Position numbers and translations under genes: made by a program. This document shows positions 24,358-37,986 of a stretch of DNA of 64,000 nucleotides, in pieces (position 1 is the stretch's first letter; each line of letters starts with the position of its first letter). The DNA lies in contig OX597830.1 of the NCBI GenBank assembly GCA_951406725.2, positions 44,330,001 through 44,394,000 of the forward strand. The letters are read 5' to 3'. This stretch comes from Octopus vulgaris (taxonomy: Eukaryota). The notes under the pieces are model-generated. The model did no database searches. It worked only from the letters and a program-made list of their open reading frames with translations, and was not told the DNA's origin.

Positions 24358-24946
24358 TGATTGTAGGTATTTGCTGCTTAAGCAACAACAAAAGCGTCAA
24401 GTCCTTTAGTCATAAGCTGACTTTAGGTTTAATAGTTTGACCTCGATTAAAATATACAAGGAAAATAAACAAGGAAAATATATGCAGAAATACACACAGA
24501 CACACACATACACGCACGCACACACACACACAGATGCACACGTATCTAAAACATACAAACGAATATAAAAACTTCTCACAGTTAAAGCCGTTTATAATGC
24601 TATTTTGTCAATGAAACTACGAGTCATTTTCGTGAAGCTTTCAGTGTTTTTCTCGTCGGCAGAACCAATAGAGAACTGGATAAAATACCTTGTTACGATT
24701 CTTAACGATCTGAGTTCAAACCCCGACAAGTTCAACTTTGTCTTTCATCCTCCTGGGGTCGATAAAATAAGTGCCAGCCAAATAGTTGGTATGATTCATA
24801 TCCTATACTATACTATAGACGTAAATGGAGTTGAAAAAAAAAAAAACTAAGTGCATTACTAACATAAGTGAAACAGCTTTAAGTAGGAGTCGAAAGACGC
24901 TTGTGAGAAGTTCGTAAAACAAAATTTAGATGCGGCCATAATAAGG

Positions 24947-25319
24947 TGTGATAGCGGTCTCCCTTTATTATTGTCGATACCTGTTTCGGTGAAGTGTTGG
25001 AAATCAGGGCCTAAAAGTAACACAAGCAACGATTCAGTACATTCATTTACGAGCAGTAAGTCGTTTATATTGTCATACTTTTCACAACGGGCGAAAACAA
25101 CAACAAGGGGGAAAAGAATGACTAGTCAAATCTTGTTGTACACCTACGGATGCCGGAACCTTCTTTAAATAGGGTTTCATTGGCTGGATGCAAGGTGCTA
25201 CGAAAAGAATAACCAGAAACCAATGTGATCGGTCGGATCGATAGCTTCAGAATTAACGAAGCTACATAGAAACACGACATTTACCATATCCAAAAGAGAC
25301 AAATGTCCACAGCATTACA
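24947..25319 (-). mobile_element. Possible solo LTR
   Basis: TGT...ACA termini. On the minus strand, CCAAT, then TATTTAAA (~25170), then AATAAA (~24968). The TSD is only partly matched (TAAGG/AAAGA). Confidence 0.4.
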
Positions 25320-25426
25320 AAAGACCTACTCACAAGTATGAGACAAAATCTAAATTTACTCTAAATCTATTTTGTTGCAAAAAACTTAACTAAAAATAAT
25401 CTGCAGACAATATTTATTTCTTTATT

Positions 25427-26052
25427 AAAGCGGCGAGCTGGCAGAACTGTTAGCACGCCGGGTGAAATGCTTAAGCGGTATTTCGTCTGCCGTTACGTTC
25501 TGAGTTCAAGTTCCGCCGAGGTCGACTTTGCCTTTCATCCTTTCGGGGTCGATTAAATAAGTACCAGTTACGCACTGGGGTCGATGTAATCGACTTAATA
25601 CCTATGTCTGTCCTTGTTTGTCCCCTCTGTGTTTAGCCCCTTTGTGGGTAGTAAAGAAATAGGTATTTCGTCTGCCGCTACGTTCTGAGTTCAAATTCCG
25701 CCGAGGTCGACTTTGCCTTTCATCCTTTCGGAGTCGATAAATTAAGTACCAGTTGCATACTGGAGTCGATCTAATCGACTGGCCCCCTTCCCCAAAATTT
25801 CCAGCTTTGTGCCTAGTGTAAAAAAGAATATTTATTTCTTTATTGTACACAGGGGGCTAAATATAGAGGGAACAAACAAAGGGATTAAGTCGATTATATC
25901 AACCCTAGTGCGTAACTGGTATTTAATTTATCGACCCCAAAAGGATGAAAGGCAAAGTCGACCCCGGCGGAATTTGAACTCAGAACGTAACGGTAGACGA
26001 AATACGGCTACGCATTTCGCCCGGCGTGCTAACGTTTCTGCCAGCTCGCCGC
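25427..26052. mobile_element. Tail-to-tail inverted pair of family B SINEs
   Basis: A plus dimeric copy at 25427-25828 is immediately followed by a minus copy at 25833-26052. Confidence 0.85.
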
Positions 26053-27154
26053 GTTATCTACAGAGAGCATTATCATAATAAAGTTTAGCAGTAACACTAT
26101 ATTCTGAGGAGTAAAAAATAACCCACAGTTATACCTGTGATTTAAAAAGGTTTATAAGTATAATTTCATGTGTATTTGTAAAATGATGTGCGAAGATTCT
26201 TACAAAATGTGTATGATTCGAAACTAGATCATGTTAACATAAGAAAAGATTTCCTTTGATAAAATGGATCTACAGAGGAAATTTAAGAAAACAGTCTTCA
26301 ATAATGCAGTTGTGCATATCCTGGTGGTTAGCATTTACACTTGCGAGATCGTAGTTTCAATTCCTAGACCGAGTGGCGGGTTGTGTTCTTCAGGAAAATA
26401 CTTAATCTCACATTGCGCTGCGATCACTTAAATACCTGATACGTAGCACACCGTACAACGTCGATTTAATAGAGCGTGTGAGCTAAAGTGCAGCACGAAC
26501 TTATAATCACTATAAACAAATCATCTGTGAAGGTCGTTCGACGGGAGAGTCTCTATTACATATAAATCATCTTGTCAAGCTTCCTCGGACATTTTTAACC
26601 CACTCACACCAGCCATCTCGCTCCTGGGAGGCATCCTGTGTCTTAGGTAAGTTATTCTACATAAGTTGTGTTCAGATGATCTGCTCGAGTACAGACGTAC
26701 TCGGTCAGGTTAAGAAAACAGAAGAGACAGTAAATGCAGAGATACAGCAAATCCAATGCAAATACTTTGAGAAAAAGGCTGGCCTTACTAACGACTTGTT
26801 TCAAACTAACTTGGCTTCACTATGCTGGTGATATAGAGAATAATAACGTTGGAAGCATATACTAGCAGAAGTAGAAACATTGAGAGCTGTTGTAGCTATA
26901 CGTAGAAATAGTGCTTCTAAACACTGTGTTTATAAAAACAGAGAAGCTTATTATTAATCTTAGCTAAATAAATCCGAAAAATTTGTAAATGATCTAGCAA
27001 AAACTCATCTTTGAATCTTATACATACGTATAAATATAACTAATTGACAAGTCGATAGGATGTTGGATAGTCGTCGAGGGGTTAATGGTTCCCCTCCTAC
27101 CCTCGGCCTTGCATTATACTCATGTGGAATGTACTTAACTTTTAAAATTACTAA

Positions 27155-28205
27155 TAATAATGATCGCCCGTTGTTGTTGACGATGACCAAGAACATCACA
27201 CGGGGAAAGAAGCAAGGTCACAGTGCGTCCAGCTGTGGTCAATGAAGCCAATGCATACTTAGAAGGTTCTACCGCAGGTCGGGCACTGGTGCTCTTCTGG
27301 GAATGAAGGCAAGGAGTCGGCTCTGGACTTGCGCAGCTCACATTTTCTTTGTGTTCCTACGATCCTATTCTGTTTGAAGTGACACCTCTGATTGTGTAGC
27401 TACGCCAGGCATGGTGGTCCAATGTTTGCATTTCCCAGGCGTCGGAGCTGATTTGGAATTCGTGCACACCGTCGGTTACGACGACAAGGGTTCCAGTCGA
27501 TTCGATCAACGGAACAGCCTGCTCGTGAAATTAACTCGCAAGTGGCTGAGCACTCCACAGACACGTGTACCATTAACGTAGTTCTCGGGGAGATTCAGCG
27601 TGACACAGAGTGTGACAAAGCTGGCCCTTTGAAATACAGGAACAACAGAAACGGGAAGAAAGAGTGAGAGAAAGTTGTGGTGAAAGAGTACAACAGGGTT
27701 CGTCACCACTCCCTGCCGAAACCTCGTGGAGCTTTAGGTGTTTTCGCTCAAAAAACATTCACAACGCCCGGTCAGGGAATCGAAACCGCAATCCTATGAT
27801 CGCGAGTCCGCTGCCCTAACCACTGGGCCAGTGCGCCTCCATTGATTTGAAAGTACTTCAGTGAGGTGTTGAGTTTATCTTAGAAGCACTTTTACTGCCC
27901 ATTTTCTGTGCATTTGCCTTCTGCTAATTTACTGTAAAACAGTCTTTTGGTTAGTCGTCTGTCAGGCATTGGAACATAGTGGCCTGCCCACCTAATCTGC
28001 TCTCTCTTCAGCAGTGTGTAAATGCTTGGCAGATCAGCTCCAGAGAAGACTTCTGTGCCCGGGACCTTGTCTCGTTAGATGACTGAGGCATTAAAGAGGC
28101 CATCAAGCTGAAGATGTACAAAGCAGTTGTACAGCTTACACTGCTGTATGGCTGCGAGACTTGGATAGTTTACGAACGCCAAAAGTACAACTTAGCTACT
28201 TCTAA
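27155..28205 (-). mobile_element. 5'-truncated RTE (BovB-like) LINE with inverted 5' segment, interrupted by a SINE
   Basis: Minus strand: RDKVPGTEVFSGADLPSIYTLLK..RWAGH..PMPDRRLTKRLFY, a terminal CPTCGRTF zinc finger and a GGTCATCGTC tail. Plus strand 28083-28205: KLKMYKAVVQLTLLYGCETWIVY. Confidence 0.8.
27468..27840 (-). mobile_element. tRNA-derived SINE, family C (possibly Deu/Nin-domain type)
   Basis: tRNA-like head GGAGGCGCACTGGCCCAGTGGTTAGGGCAGCGGACTC...GGTTTCGATTCCC; highly similar to 50908-51285. Confidence 0.85.
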
Positions 28206-28294
28206 ATAGTAAATCAGGTTCTAGATTCAGCGAAGACTGAATCACAACCAGTCTTCCTACTACGGCTGCTAATATCAACTATCAAATCCATATG

Positions 28295-28677
28295 CAACAG
28301 AACCTCGCAGTACGAGTGCCCCATTGTACGAGTAATTTGCTGTACGAGCCGAGACTCGTGCGAATTTCTGTCTTGAAGTACGAGCAGAAATCCGCTGTAC
28401 GAATGTTTCATACAAGCACAAATCGTACCATTTTTAAGGTAATTCAGTTAATAAAACCAGTTTATGTATTTCTGTTGCATTCTCTTTTTTTTATAATTGT
28501 CATTTTACTTGTAACAACGTCGTCTCTGTTTTAAAACCCATAGAAAATTATTTTTGAATATTTTTGTGGGGCTGGAACGGATTAATCTCAATGGGAAAAA
28601 TTGATTTGTAAAACGAGTAAATCGTAAGATGAGCTCGGCCATGGAACGAATTAAACTTGTACTGCGAGGTATCACTG
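28295..28677. mobile_element. Tigger/pogo-like MITE
   Basis: TIR ACCTCGCAGTAC(G/A)AG at both ends; the right end reads CACTG/TA. Confidence 0.75.
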
Positions 28678-29414
28678 TACTTCATATTAGTACAGTATCT
28701 TCAGTAAGTTTGAAATCAGGTGAACCATTTCCAATCTCAGTTGAACTCAGAGTATTCCAACGAAACACAAATGTCCCGAATTTTGTTCAGTCTTATTACT
28801 GAGTGGTTAGAATGCTGGACTCATGATCGTAGGATTGTGGTTTCGATTCCTGAATGAAGCGATTCGTTCTGCTTTTGAACAAAACACTTCATTTCATGTT
28901 TCTCCAGTCCGCTCAGCTGGCAAAGACCAACAATCCTGCCACGGACCATCGAGGGAGGAACATATATGCCACGGAAACCAAGAAACCGACCCTATTCTCC
29001 TTTCAGAGAAATGAACGCTGTTATTATTGAGTAAAATTTGTGCAATACGTAGTAATTAGGGATATCTAGCTTCCTCAAACCACACACTGTACCCCTCATA
29101 AAGGGGCATATTTGATAAGGTTGTTTGCACTAAATAAGTTATGTCTACAAAGGAAATGGGATCGTCATAACTGTGTCTTTTATCAAGAGTTTGACTCAAG
29201 CAAGGCTGACCTTGGGTTACAGAACAAAGAAAAACAACTTAACAAATAAAATATTCCGTTCACACACGGAAATACGATCACAGAGAAGAGTGGCAATAAC
29301 TGATTTTGTACGAGGGAACTCCAGTCGAATGTGTGTGTGTGTGCCCGGTGTGTATTTCTGTATGTATATATGTATCTATATACATACATACGTGTGTATA
29401 TATATATATGTATG

Positions 29415-29464
<50 letters not shown>

Positions 29465-29923
29465 TGTATGTATGTATGTATGTATGTATGTATGTATGTA
29501 TGTATTCCTATTCTTTTATTTGTTTCAATCATTTGACTGCGGCCGTGCTGCAGCACCGCCTTTAGTCGAACAAATCAACCCCAGGACTTATTCTTTGGGG
29601 AGTAGGGGAGATAACAGTAGGGGAGATAACAGGGTCAAGTGACTTCCAATACGAAGGTGCCCCCAACACAAAGGTGAGTGTGTGTGAAAGAGGGCTGGTG
29701 GTCTGGACGTGTGTGTGTATGTATGTGTGGGTGTGGAGATGTGGGGATGGGTGTGTGGGTGGTGTGTTGTGATGTGATATGTGTATGTATGTGTAGGTGT
29801 AAAGATGTGGGGATGGGTGTGTGGGCGGTGTGCTGTGGGTGGTGTGTTGTGATGTGATGTGTAATATTGTATGGTGTAGTGTGGTGTGATGTTGTGGGGA
29901 GGTGGGTTATGGTTGTGTGCGTG

Positions 29924-29955
<32 letters not shown>

Positions 29956-31346
29956 TGTATGTATGTATGTATATGCGCAAGCATATTTCTTGCTTTCCAT
30001 CCAACTGAACACGTACTATGGGAAAACCCAACGAATATATAAATGTATATTTGTGAACAAAACAATAATTTCTATAAAACTGCGTGAAAGTCCTATTGAA
30101 GCTAATTTCAAAAGCTTTTGCTGAGGACATGTTTACGGAGTGCTTGACTGACTTTGAAGCAAGTAACCTCGATGTCTTCTTTATGTGTATATTCTTACAC
30201 TGCAAACTCGTATTAGCTTACCAGTCTTCATACCTAACGATACACAAACACACACACATACACACACAAACAAAGTAGCACACACATACACGTAATGAGC
30301 TTCTACACAGTTACCATCTTCCAAATTCACTCACAAGATATTCATCGTTTCTGGGGTCATGGTAGAAGACACATTCCTAAGGAGAGAATCTGAAACCATT
30401 TGGCTGTAAAACGAGTTTCTTAGCCATAGAGCTGGTCTTTGTGTCCAAAGATCATAATGAAGGGCAACAAGCTCTTAAATGGCTCTGTAAACCAACCCTT
30501 GAACGACAGGCTCCAACGCTTTTGGGGCAAATATGTAGACTTTGGCCTGATGCGGTATCGTGACGATGACTCGCTCCTTCTTTTCTATTCTAGGCACAAA
30601 ATCCGAAATTTCTAGGAGGGATCCATGCGATTAAATCGACCCAGTATGCAACTGGTATTTAATTTATCGATCCCGAAAGGACGAAAGGCAAAATCGACCT
30701 CGGCGGAATTAAAACTCAAAACGTAAAGACAGCCGAAATACCTATTTCTTTATTAACCACAACGGTCTAAATATAGAGGGGACAAACAAGGACAGACAAA
30801 CGGATTAAGTCGATTACATCGACCCCAGTGCGTAACTGGTGCTTAATTTATCGACCCCGAAAGGATGAAAGGCAAAGGGCCACCTCGGCGGAATTTGAGC
30901 TCAGAACGTAGCGGCAGACGAAATACCTCTAAGCATTTCGCCCAGCGTGCTAACGTTTCTGCCAGCTCGCCGTCTTGACTCACTCCTTCTTTGGCGTTTC
31001 TCATCCGCCTCAGTTGATCGGACCCTCTAAAAGTGACTTGTAGGGATATGGATGCAGCCTCATCATACTTCCCTCTGCGGCGCTAAGACTCCTTACCCTG
31101 TGATGTCTATCTCTACTGAGTGAGCTGGCATTTTAGCTGGTCTTTGCTAATCCCCCGGAAGGCTCCCTTGTCCCTTGTCTCTTTTACCCAGAGTCTGATC
31201 TACGTGCCAGTGGCACGTAAAAGCGCCCATTACACTCTCAGAGCAGTTGGCGTAAAAAACAACGCCAAATCAGACTGTAATCTGGTGCAGCCTTCCAGTG
31301 TGCCAACCCAGTCAAACCGTCCAACGCATGCCTCGGTTTGCCCGAG

Positions 31347-31388
<42 letters not shown>

Positions 31389-31389
31389 G

Positions 31390-31592
31390 TTTCTGAGGCG
31401 TATATATTCCCCACCTGGACAGGACGTCAGTCCGTCACAGGGTTACTCAGTGTTGTCAGCTGAGTGAACTGGAGCAATGCGAAATGAAGTGTTTAGCCAC
31501 AGAACACAACTCATTGCTCGGCCCAGGAATCGAAACCACAATCTTACGTTCATGAGTCCAACACCCTAACCACTAAATCACGCTCCTCCACG
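31390..31592 (-). mobile_element. tRNA-derived SINE, family D (V/CORE-like)
   Basis: Head GTGGTTAGGGTGTTGGACTCATG...GGTTTCGATTCCTG and body TAACCCTGTGACGGACTGACGTCCTGTCCAGG. Related copies at 28797-29005 and 61815-62090. Confidence 0.7.
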
Positions 31593-31814
31593 TCATACAG
31601 TTTGCTGGGTGACTACATATATGTATACACACGTATGTACACGATATATGCTTGTCTGTGTTTGTGTGTGTAAAACGTTTAAGGAAATTCTAGAGAAAGG
31701 AGTGAGAAATGTGCTTGGTACAAGCTCAATGGGAGAGACTCAGGGGCCATGAGAAGGCAAGAAATTTAATGGCTTGAAGTCTATTAGCTCAAAGGAACAG
31801 AAACTGCTATATAT

Positions 31815-32032
31815 GTACTCTCATGCATATAGCTATATATCTAGACATGCTCATATACATTCAAATGATGAACTTCTGGAAAGTTTTACAGACTTTTACA
31901 GTTCCAGTGATGGATTGGATATGTAATCTTCGAATTAGTTTTCTCCTTTCTGGTTTTGAGAAGCCCAATTTCTCAAGACTGGTATTTAGGCAGCATGTTA
32001 CATATCCCAGGGCCTCAATAATTACAGGTATA
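31815..32032 (-). mobile_element. R4/Dong LINE 3' fragment
   Basis: FIPVIIEALGYVTCCLNTSLEKLGFSKPERRKLIRRLHIQSITGTVKVCKTFQKFII, the same C-terminus as 38700-38885. Confidence 0.8.
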
Positions 32033-32055
32033 AATGTATGTATATATGTTTGTAT

Positions 32056-35000
32056 GTAAATACGTTTCATAAGATGGTAAAGCTTGCTGTCATTTGCATC
32101 AGCAGCAGCCTGAACATCACGAGCAAGATCCTCCCATCAAGCGTTCTGCATCTTCCTGAGAGATCTTTGCTATAGTGAGCAAGTGCTAGATTTCGCTGCA
32201 AAGCTGAAAATCTTCTGTGCAGTAATATACTGTGGGCATGGTACTTTACAACCATAGTCATTGAACCTCAGCATCATTTTCATCAAACCAGGCTCTGTAT
32301 CTGGCAGTAACATATCTCAGTGTTTCAGCAGCATATTTTAGAACCTGGTCTCGAAAATCTTCCCATACTGTAGTATTTTCAATGATGGACAAGCGAGCCT
32401 GAAGCTCTTTCCTTAACACAGCATTATATATCTTGTGGACATTCAGATGCCGAGGAATTCCAACTGGCCCTCTTCTCTCTTTCACTCTAATTATCATCCG
32501 GAACTTTCCTCACACCAGACTGTGGTCTGTCCAGCATTCTGATCCATGAAAGGACTTGACGTTACAAATGTCATGATTGTCACACTTGCGGATGATGACA
32601 TAATCCAGCAAGTGCCAAACTTTAGACCTTGGATGCATCCACGTTGTTGTGTGATCACCTTTGAGCATAAAATGAGTGTTTGTAAAGTGCTTGTAAAGTC
32701 CATGTTCATTGCAAAGCTCCAGCAGCATGAGACCATTGCTATTCATTTTCTCTACCCCAAAATGTCCTAGAAAGTACCATGTTTGCAAGTCTGTTCCAAC
32801 CTTGGCGTTGAAATCCCTCAGTAGAATGACTTTATCAGAATTGGGGATTTTCCTAAGTATGGCTCGCAGCTGGATATAAAAAATAGTTTTATCTTCATCA
32901 CAACTAGTCAAAGTAGGTGCATAGGCACTTACACGAGTAGCAGACCGCCTACCTTTCAGGTGCAGTCGTAGAGTCATTAGACATTCATTTATAGGAACAA
33001 GAAGCTCCTCCAACTTCTCACGGATATCAGATCGAAGTGCAAAGCCAATACCAGCCTCGCTGCGTTCCTCCTTCAGCCTCCCCTTCCCCCCAAAGCGTAT
33101 CTACCTCCTACTTCCACAAGCTGACCATCACCTTCTATACAAGTCTCCGAAAGTGCAGCTATATCAATGTCATAGCGGTTCAGCTCGCAAGCAACAAGTG
33201 CAGTGCGTCTTTGAGGTCTACAATAACTCTTGTTATCCAACAGAGTGCGCATATTCCAACATAAAATGTTCAAGTTCCATCCAGATTTTGTAAAGAAATG
33301 TCTCTTTGTTTTTCGAACGCAGAGTGGATATACGTCAGTCGCGCTAAACTGACCAGCTATAGAAAGACAGGCAATTTTTGATTCACCTTCTCTAGAACCT
33401 CCCCGGCCTCCGGGTGAGCAGTGCCCTCTGCTTCTACTCTATTTACTAAATCAACTGAAACCACATGTCGCTGGATTGAACACTTCTCTGAACTCCTAAA
33501 CCATGAATCAGTTGTGGATGAAACAGTGATTGATACTATGCAACAATGACCTATCATTGGCTCCTTAAATTCTTCACCCCCAATAGATTAAGTAATGACA
33601 GCAATAAGTAAATTGAATCTTGGTAGGCACCTGGAAGGGATGAAATTTGTGCTGAGGTCTTGCGATTTGGTTGTGATTGTATCATACACTCATGAACGTA
33701 TTAATGTAGTCTGTAGGGATTGTGCAAAGCCTTAGGACTGGAAGGATGCAATTATTCTTCCCCTCTATAAAGAAAAAGGAGCCAGAATAATGTGTGGTAA
33801 CTACAGAGGTATTGCTCTACTATCAACTGCTGGCAAGGTTCTGACAAATATTCTTCTTACCTACCTGGATAGGTGTCTCATAAATGATGTCCTATCTGAA
33901 TCTTAATTTGGCTTCCGATCTAATAGAGGGGCAATGGATTTGATTTTCACAGCAAGACAGATGCAGAAGTACTATGAGCAGAATATGGACCATGTCTAGG
34001 TAGTCATTGATCTAACCAAGGCCTTTGATACTGTGAATAAGAGCTTGCTATGGAAAATAATTAGTAAACTTGGATGGCCGGATCACTTTGTTTCTATAAT
34101 TAAATCCTTTCATGATGAGATGGAGGCCTGGGTCAATGTTAGTGGTGGCATGGCGGGATCCGTTCCTGCAGAGAATGGTGTCAAGCAGAGTGACATCCTT
34201 GTCCCAACTCTCTTTTCTGTGTACTTTGCTTTTACTCATGCTTTTGCAAAGATTAGCTCGATGGGAAATATGTCAAGTATCGATCTTCTGGTCGCCTCTT
34301 TAATCTGGGCCGATTTACTGCCAATTCAAAAGTTTTCCGGTCTCTTATTCATGGCCTCTTTTATGCAGATGACTGCGACTTAGTCACTCATACAGTGAAT
34401 GACATGCAAATACTAATGAATCGTATTTCTGCTTCTTACAAGGCAGTTGGACTCAGCATTAGACTGGACAAGACTGTTGTAATGTTCCAGCCTGCACTAC
34501 GAAATCCATATGTGGAACCCGCTATCTTGGTTGAGGGAACAATTCTGAAAGTGGTAGACAAGTTTGACTACCTGGGCAGCATACTTAGCCGTTCTTGCTC
34601 CTTAGATGATGAAATATCTTCCAGACTACAGAGAGCAACTGGTTCCTTCCAGTCTCTTCAGTATCATGTCTGGTCCCAGCATGGTATCACAAGGCAAACA
34701 AAAATTGCTGTGTACCGTGCATGTGTACTGACATCGCTCCTTTACTCATGTGAGGCATGGACTCCTTACAAACATCATGCAAGTGTCCTTGAACGTTTTC
34801 ATCAGAGATGTCTAAGACACATTCTGAATGTTGGCTGGACCTTATAAACTCCAGATACACAGGTCTTGAGGAAAGCTATTTCGAGTATTGAGGCAACGGT
34901 GCATTAGCAGCAGTTACGTTGAAATGGACACCTTATTAGAATGAAGGATAGCAGGATCCCTAAACAAATGCTATATGGGGAACTTGTTACGGGAAAGACA

Positions 35001-35375
35001 CCCCAGCAGAAACCAAGGCTGCGATTTAAGGACTGTGACAAGTCTTCATTAAAGGCTTGTGATATGCAGGAGACTGATTGGGAGAGCAATGCCTGTCATC
35101 GCCACAGATGGAGGAAGCAGGTTAAGGAGGGAGTCGACACCTTTGAGTAAGCACGTATCCTGCATGAAGAATTTAAGCATGCTGCTCGAAAGCGCACTGC
35201 TGGTGTAATGAATGAGGAAAGCTTGGTTTGCAATATTTGCAGTCGTAAATGCTTGCCAAGAGCAGGGCTCATTAGCCACCAACGGAGTTGAAAATGCAAA
35301 ATATATGTTTGTCCTTGAGCGCACAATGTTCCTAAAGGTCACCAGTGGTCTTCCTCAGTGGACGGCCATCATTAA
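32056..35375 (+). mobile_element. Near-full-length RTE (BovB-like) LINE with the 5' ~1.37 kb inverted
   Basis: APE on the minus strand 32056-33428 (NILCWNMRTLLD..RPQRRTALVACELNRYDIDIAALSET, SAYAPT, TTWMHPRSKVWHLLDYVI). RT on the plus strand 33430-35375 (RWIEHFSELLN, DLTKAFDTV, NGVKQ, YADD, LLYSCEAW), then a zinc finger and GACGGCCATCAT tail. Confidence 0.92.
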
Positions 35376-35986
35376 GTATATATGTATGCACGTCTGTCAT
35401 TATTCAGTTTTATGTCAAGATTTCCTACCAATAAAGAAAGAGCCGGTTTCTAACTTTGATCAAAGGCTCCTTCATTGTAATTTCAACATCAACAACAGGG
35501 TATGTATGTATGTATGTATGTATGTATGTATGTATGTATGTATGTATGTATGTATGTATGTATGTATGTATGTATGGATGGATGGATGGATAAATGAATG
35601 GATGGATGGATGTCAATTCGGATCCACGATCAACCACTTTTCGACACTGACGGCATTCTAAAAGAACAGCAGCGTCAAAGTCTGTCGACTTATGGAGTAA
35701 TGCTACCGATTGCGCTCGCTCCACCTACCTTATTGCTCTCTCAAGCGAGGCAACTACAGAAGTCATTTTTATAGTAGTAACCATACGCGGTACCTCGACC
35801 GCAGCAACGACAACAATTACTTTTGAAAGATCACTTGCTTGTAGTTGGAAGTTGCAGAGTGTGTTAAACTGTCGGCAGTGAATACTGCATGCACACAAAT
35901 GCATTGCCTTTTTATGTATGTATGTATGTATGTATGTATACATCTCTCTCTCTCTCTCTCCACACACACACACACACACACATTGA

Positions 35987-36228
35987 AAATGGGGATGGCC
36001 AGTTTATAAGATTGCTTTAGATTTCCTTTCCATAAAGAGATACGCTTTATAGCGTATCGTCAGATCCTAAAAATCTGATAGCCGAAGAGCTCTCATAAAT
36101 ATGGAGGGGTAAATTTTTTAAAGAGGCCTTGGGCCAACAGGCTTTTGAGGTCTGACTATACGCAATAAAGCTAAACCCTTTATGGACGGGAAACCTATGG
36201 TAATCCTATAAACCAGCCTTCCCCATGT
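35987..36228. mobile_element. MITE with ~28-bp TIRs and probable TTAA target
   Basis: ATGGGGATGGCCAGTTTATAAGATTGC vs reverse complement ATGGGGAAGGCTGGTTTATAGGATTAC; flanks TTGA / TTAA. Confidence 0.7.
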
Positions 36229-36239
36229 TTAATATATAC

Positions 36240-36693
36240 TACTCTACACCTTAGAGCGTGCTTCTTTTGGTTCAATGTTTTCTACAAAATGTTATGTGGA
36301 AAATATTCCATCGATATTGCACAAATGATGTTGGCATCAATTTAAAAATCTATCCAAGACTTGGCCCCTGTGCTGTCCGCCCACTACAAAAACTGAACTC
36401 GGTACACATAGCAACATTACATCACAATAACTTTACCTCAACCGGTCCAGCTCTCTTTAATACCATGCGAAAATACATCAAAACGGAAACGGATCCCATA
36501 AAATTCAAATGTTCACTGGACAAATTTCTTCAAAAGATCCCGGACCAACCTCCTACACCTGGATATGTCTCCAACAAAAGAAACTCTTTGCTAGAGTGGG
36601 CTATGGTGCCCCATACATGACTAAAAGACTTCACCAGGTGGTGCTGTTAAGTTAGACATGACCTGGGCTTATACTGGTCGAAACCTATCAAAG

Positions 36694-36695
<2 letters not shown>
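36240..36695 (+). mobile_element. CR1-group LINE 3' fragment
   Basis: MWKIF...PRLGP...GPALFN..RKYIK...FKCSLDKFLQKIPDQPPTPGY...NSLLEW, followed by a short stem-loop tail. Confidence 0.7.
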
Positions 36696-36791
<96 letters not shown>

Positions 36792-37475
36792 ATATGGCGT
36801 GGTTGTGAGGTAAGAAGTTTGCTTTCCAGCCTCATGTTTTCCATGGCACTTAGAACAAGTTTCTTCTGCTATAGCCTCGGGCCGACCCAAAACCCCATCA
36901 TAAGTGAATTTTTAGGTGGAAACTAAAAAAGCCAGTTGTATATTCATGCACCAATACACACGTGTTTGTGTGTGTGCGCGTGTCGGTGTGTGTTTGTATC
37001 TGTGTTGTCCTCCCCCCCCGGCTTATCAACCGGGTTGGTGTGTATACGTTCCCGTCAATTAGCGGTTGGAAGAGATTAAGTAGCAGGTTTTTTTAAAAAA
37101 AATAAATACTAGGGTCGATTCATTCGTGCAAAAATTCTTTAAGGCGGCACTCCAGCATGGCCCTAATGTAAAAGAAAAAAATGAAAGATATGTACATATA
37201 TTCTTTTTCTTTTTTTGTTCTTTTTCTTGTTTCAGTCATTTGACTACGGCCATACTGGAGCACTGCCTTTAGTTGAACAGATCGACTCCAACACTTATTC
37301 TTTGTAAGCATAGTACTTATTCTATGAGTCACTTTGCCGAACCGCTAAGTTACGGGGACGTAAAGACACCAACATCGGTTGTCAAGCGATGGTGGGGTGA
37401 CAAATACAGACAGACAAATACACACACACATATGAATGAGTGGATCTGGTAGACGGAAACTGAAAGAAGCCCGTC

Positions 37476-37986
<511 letters not shown>

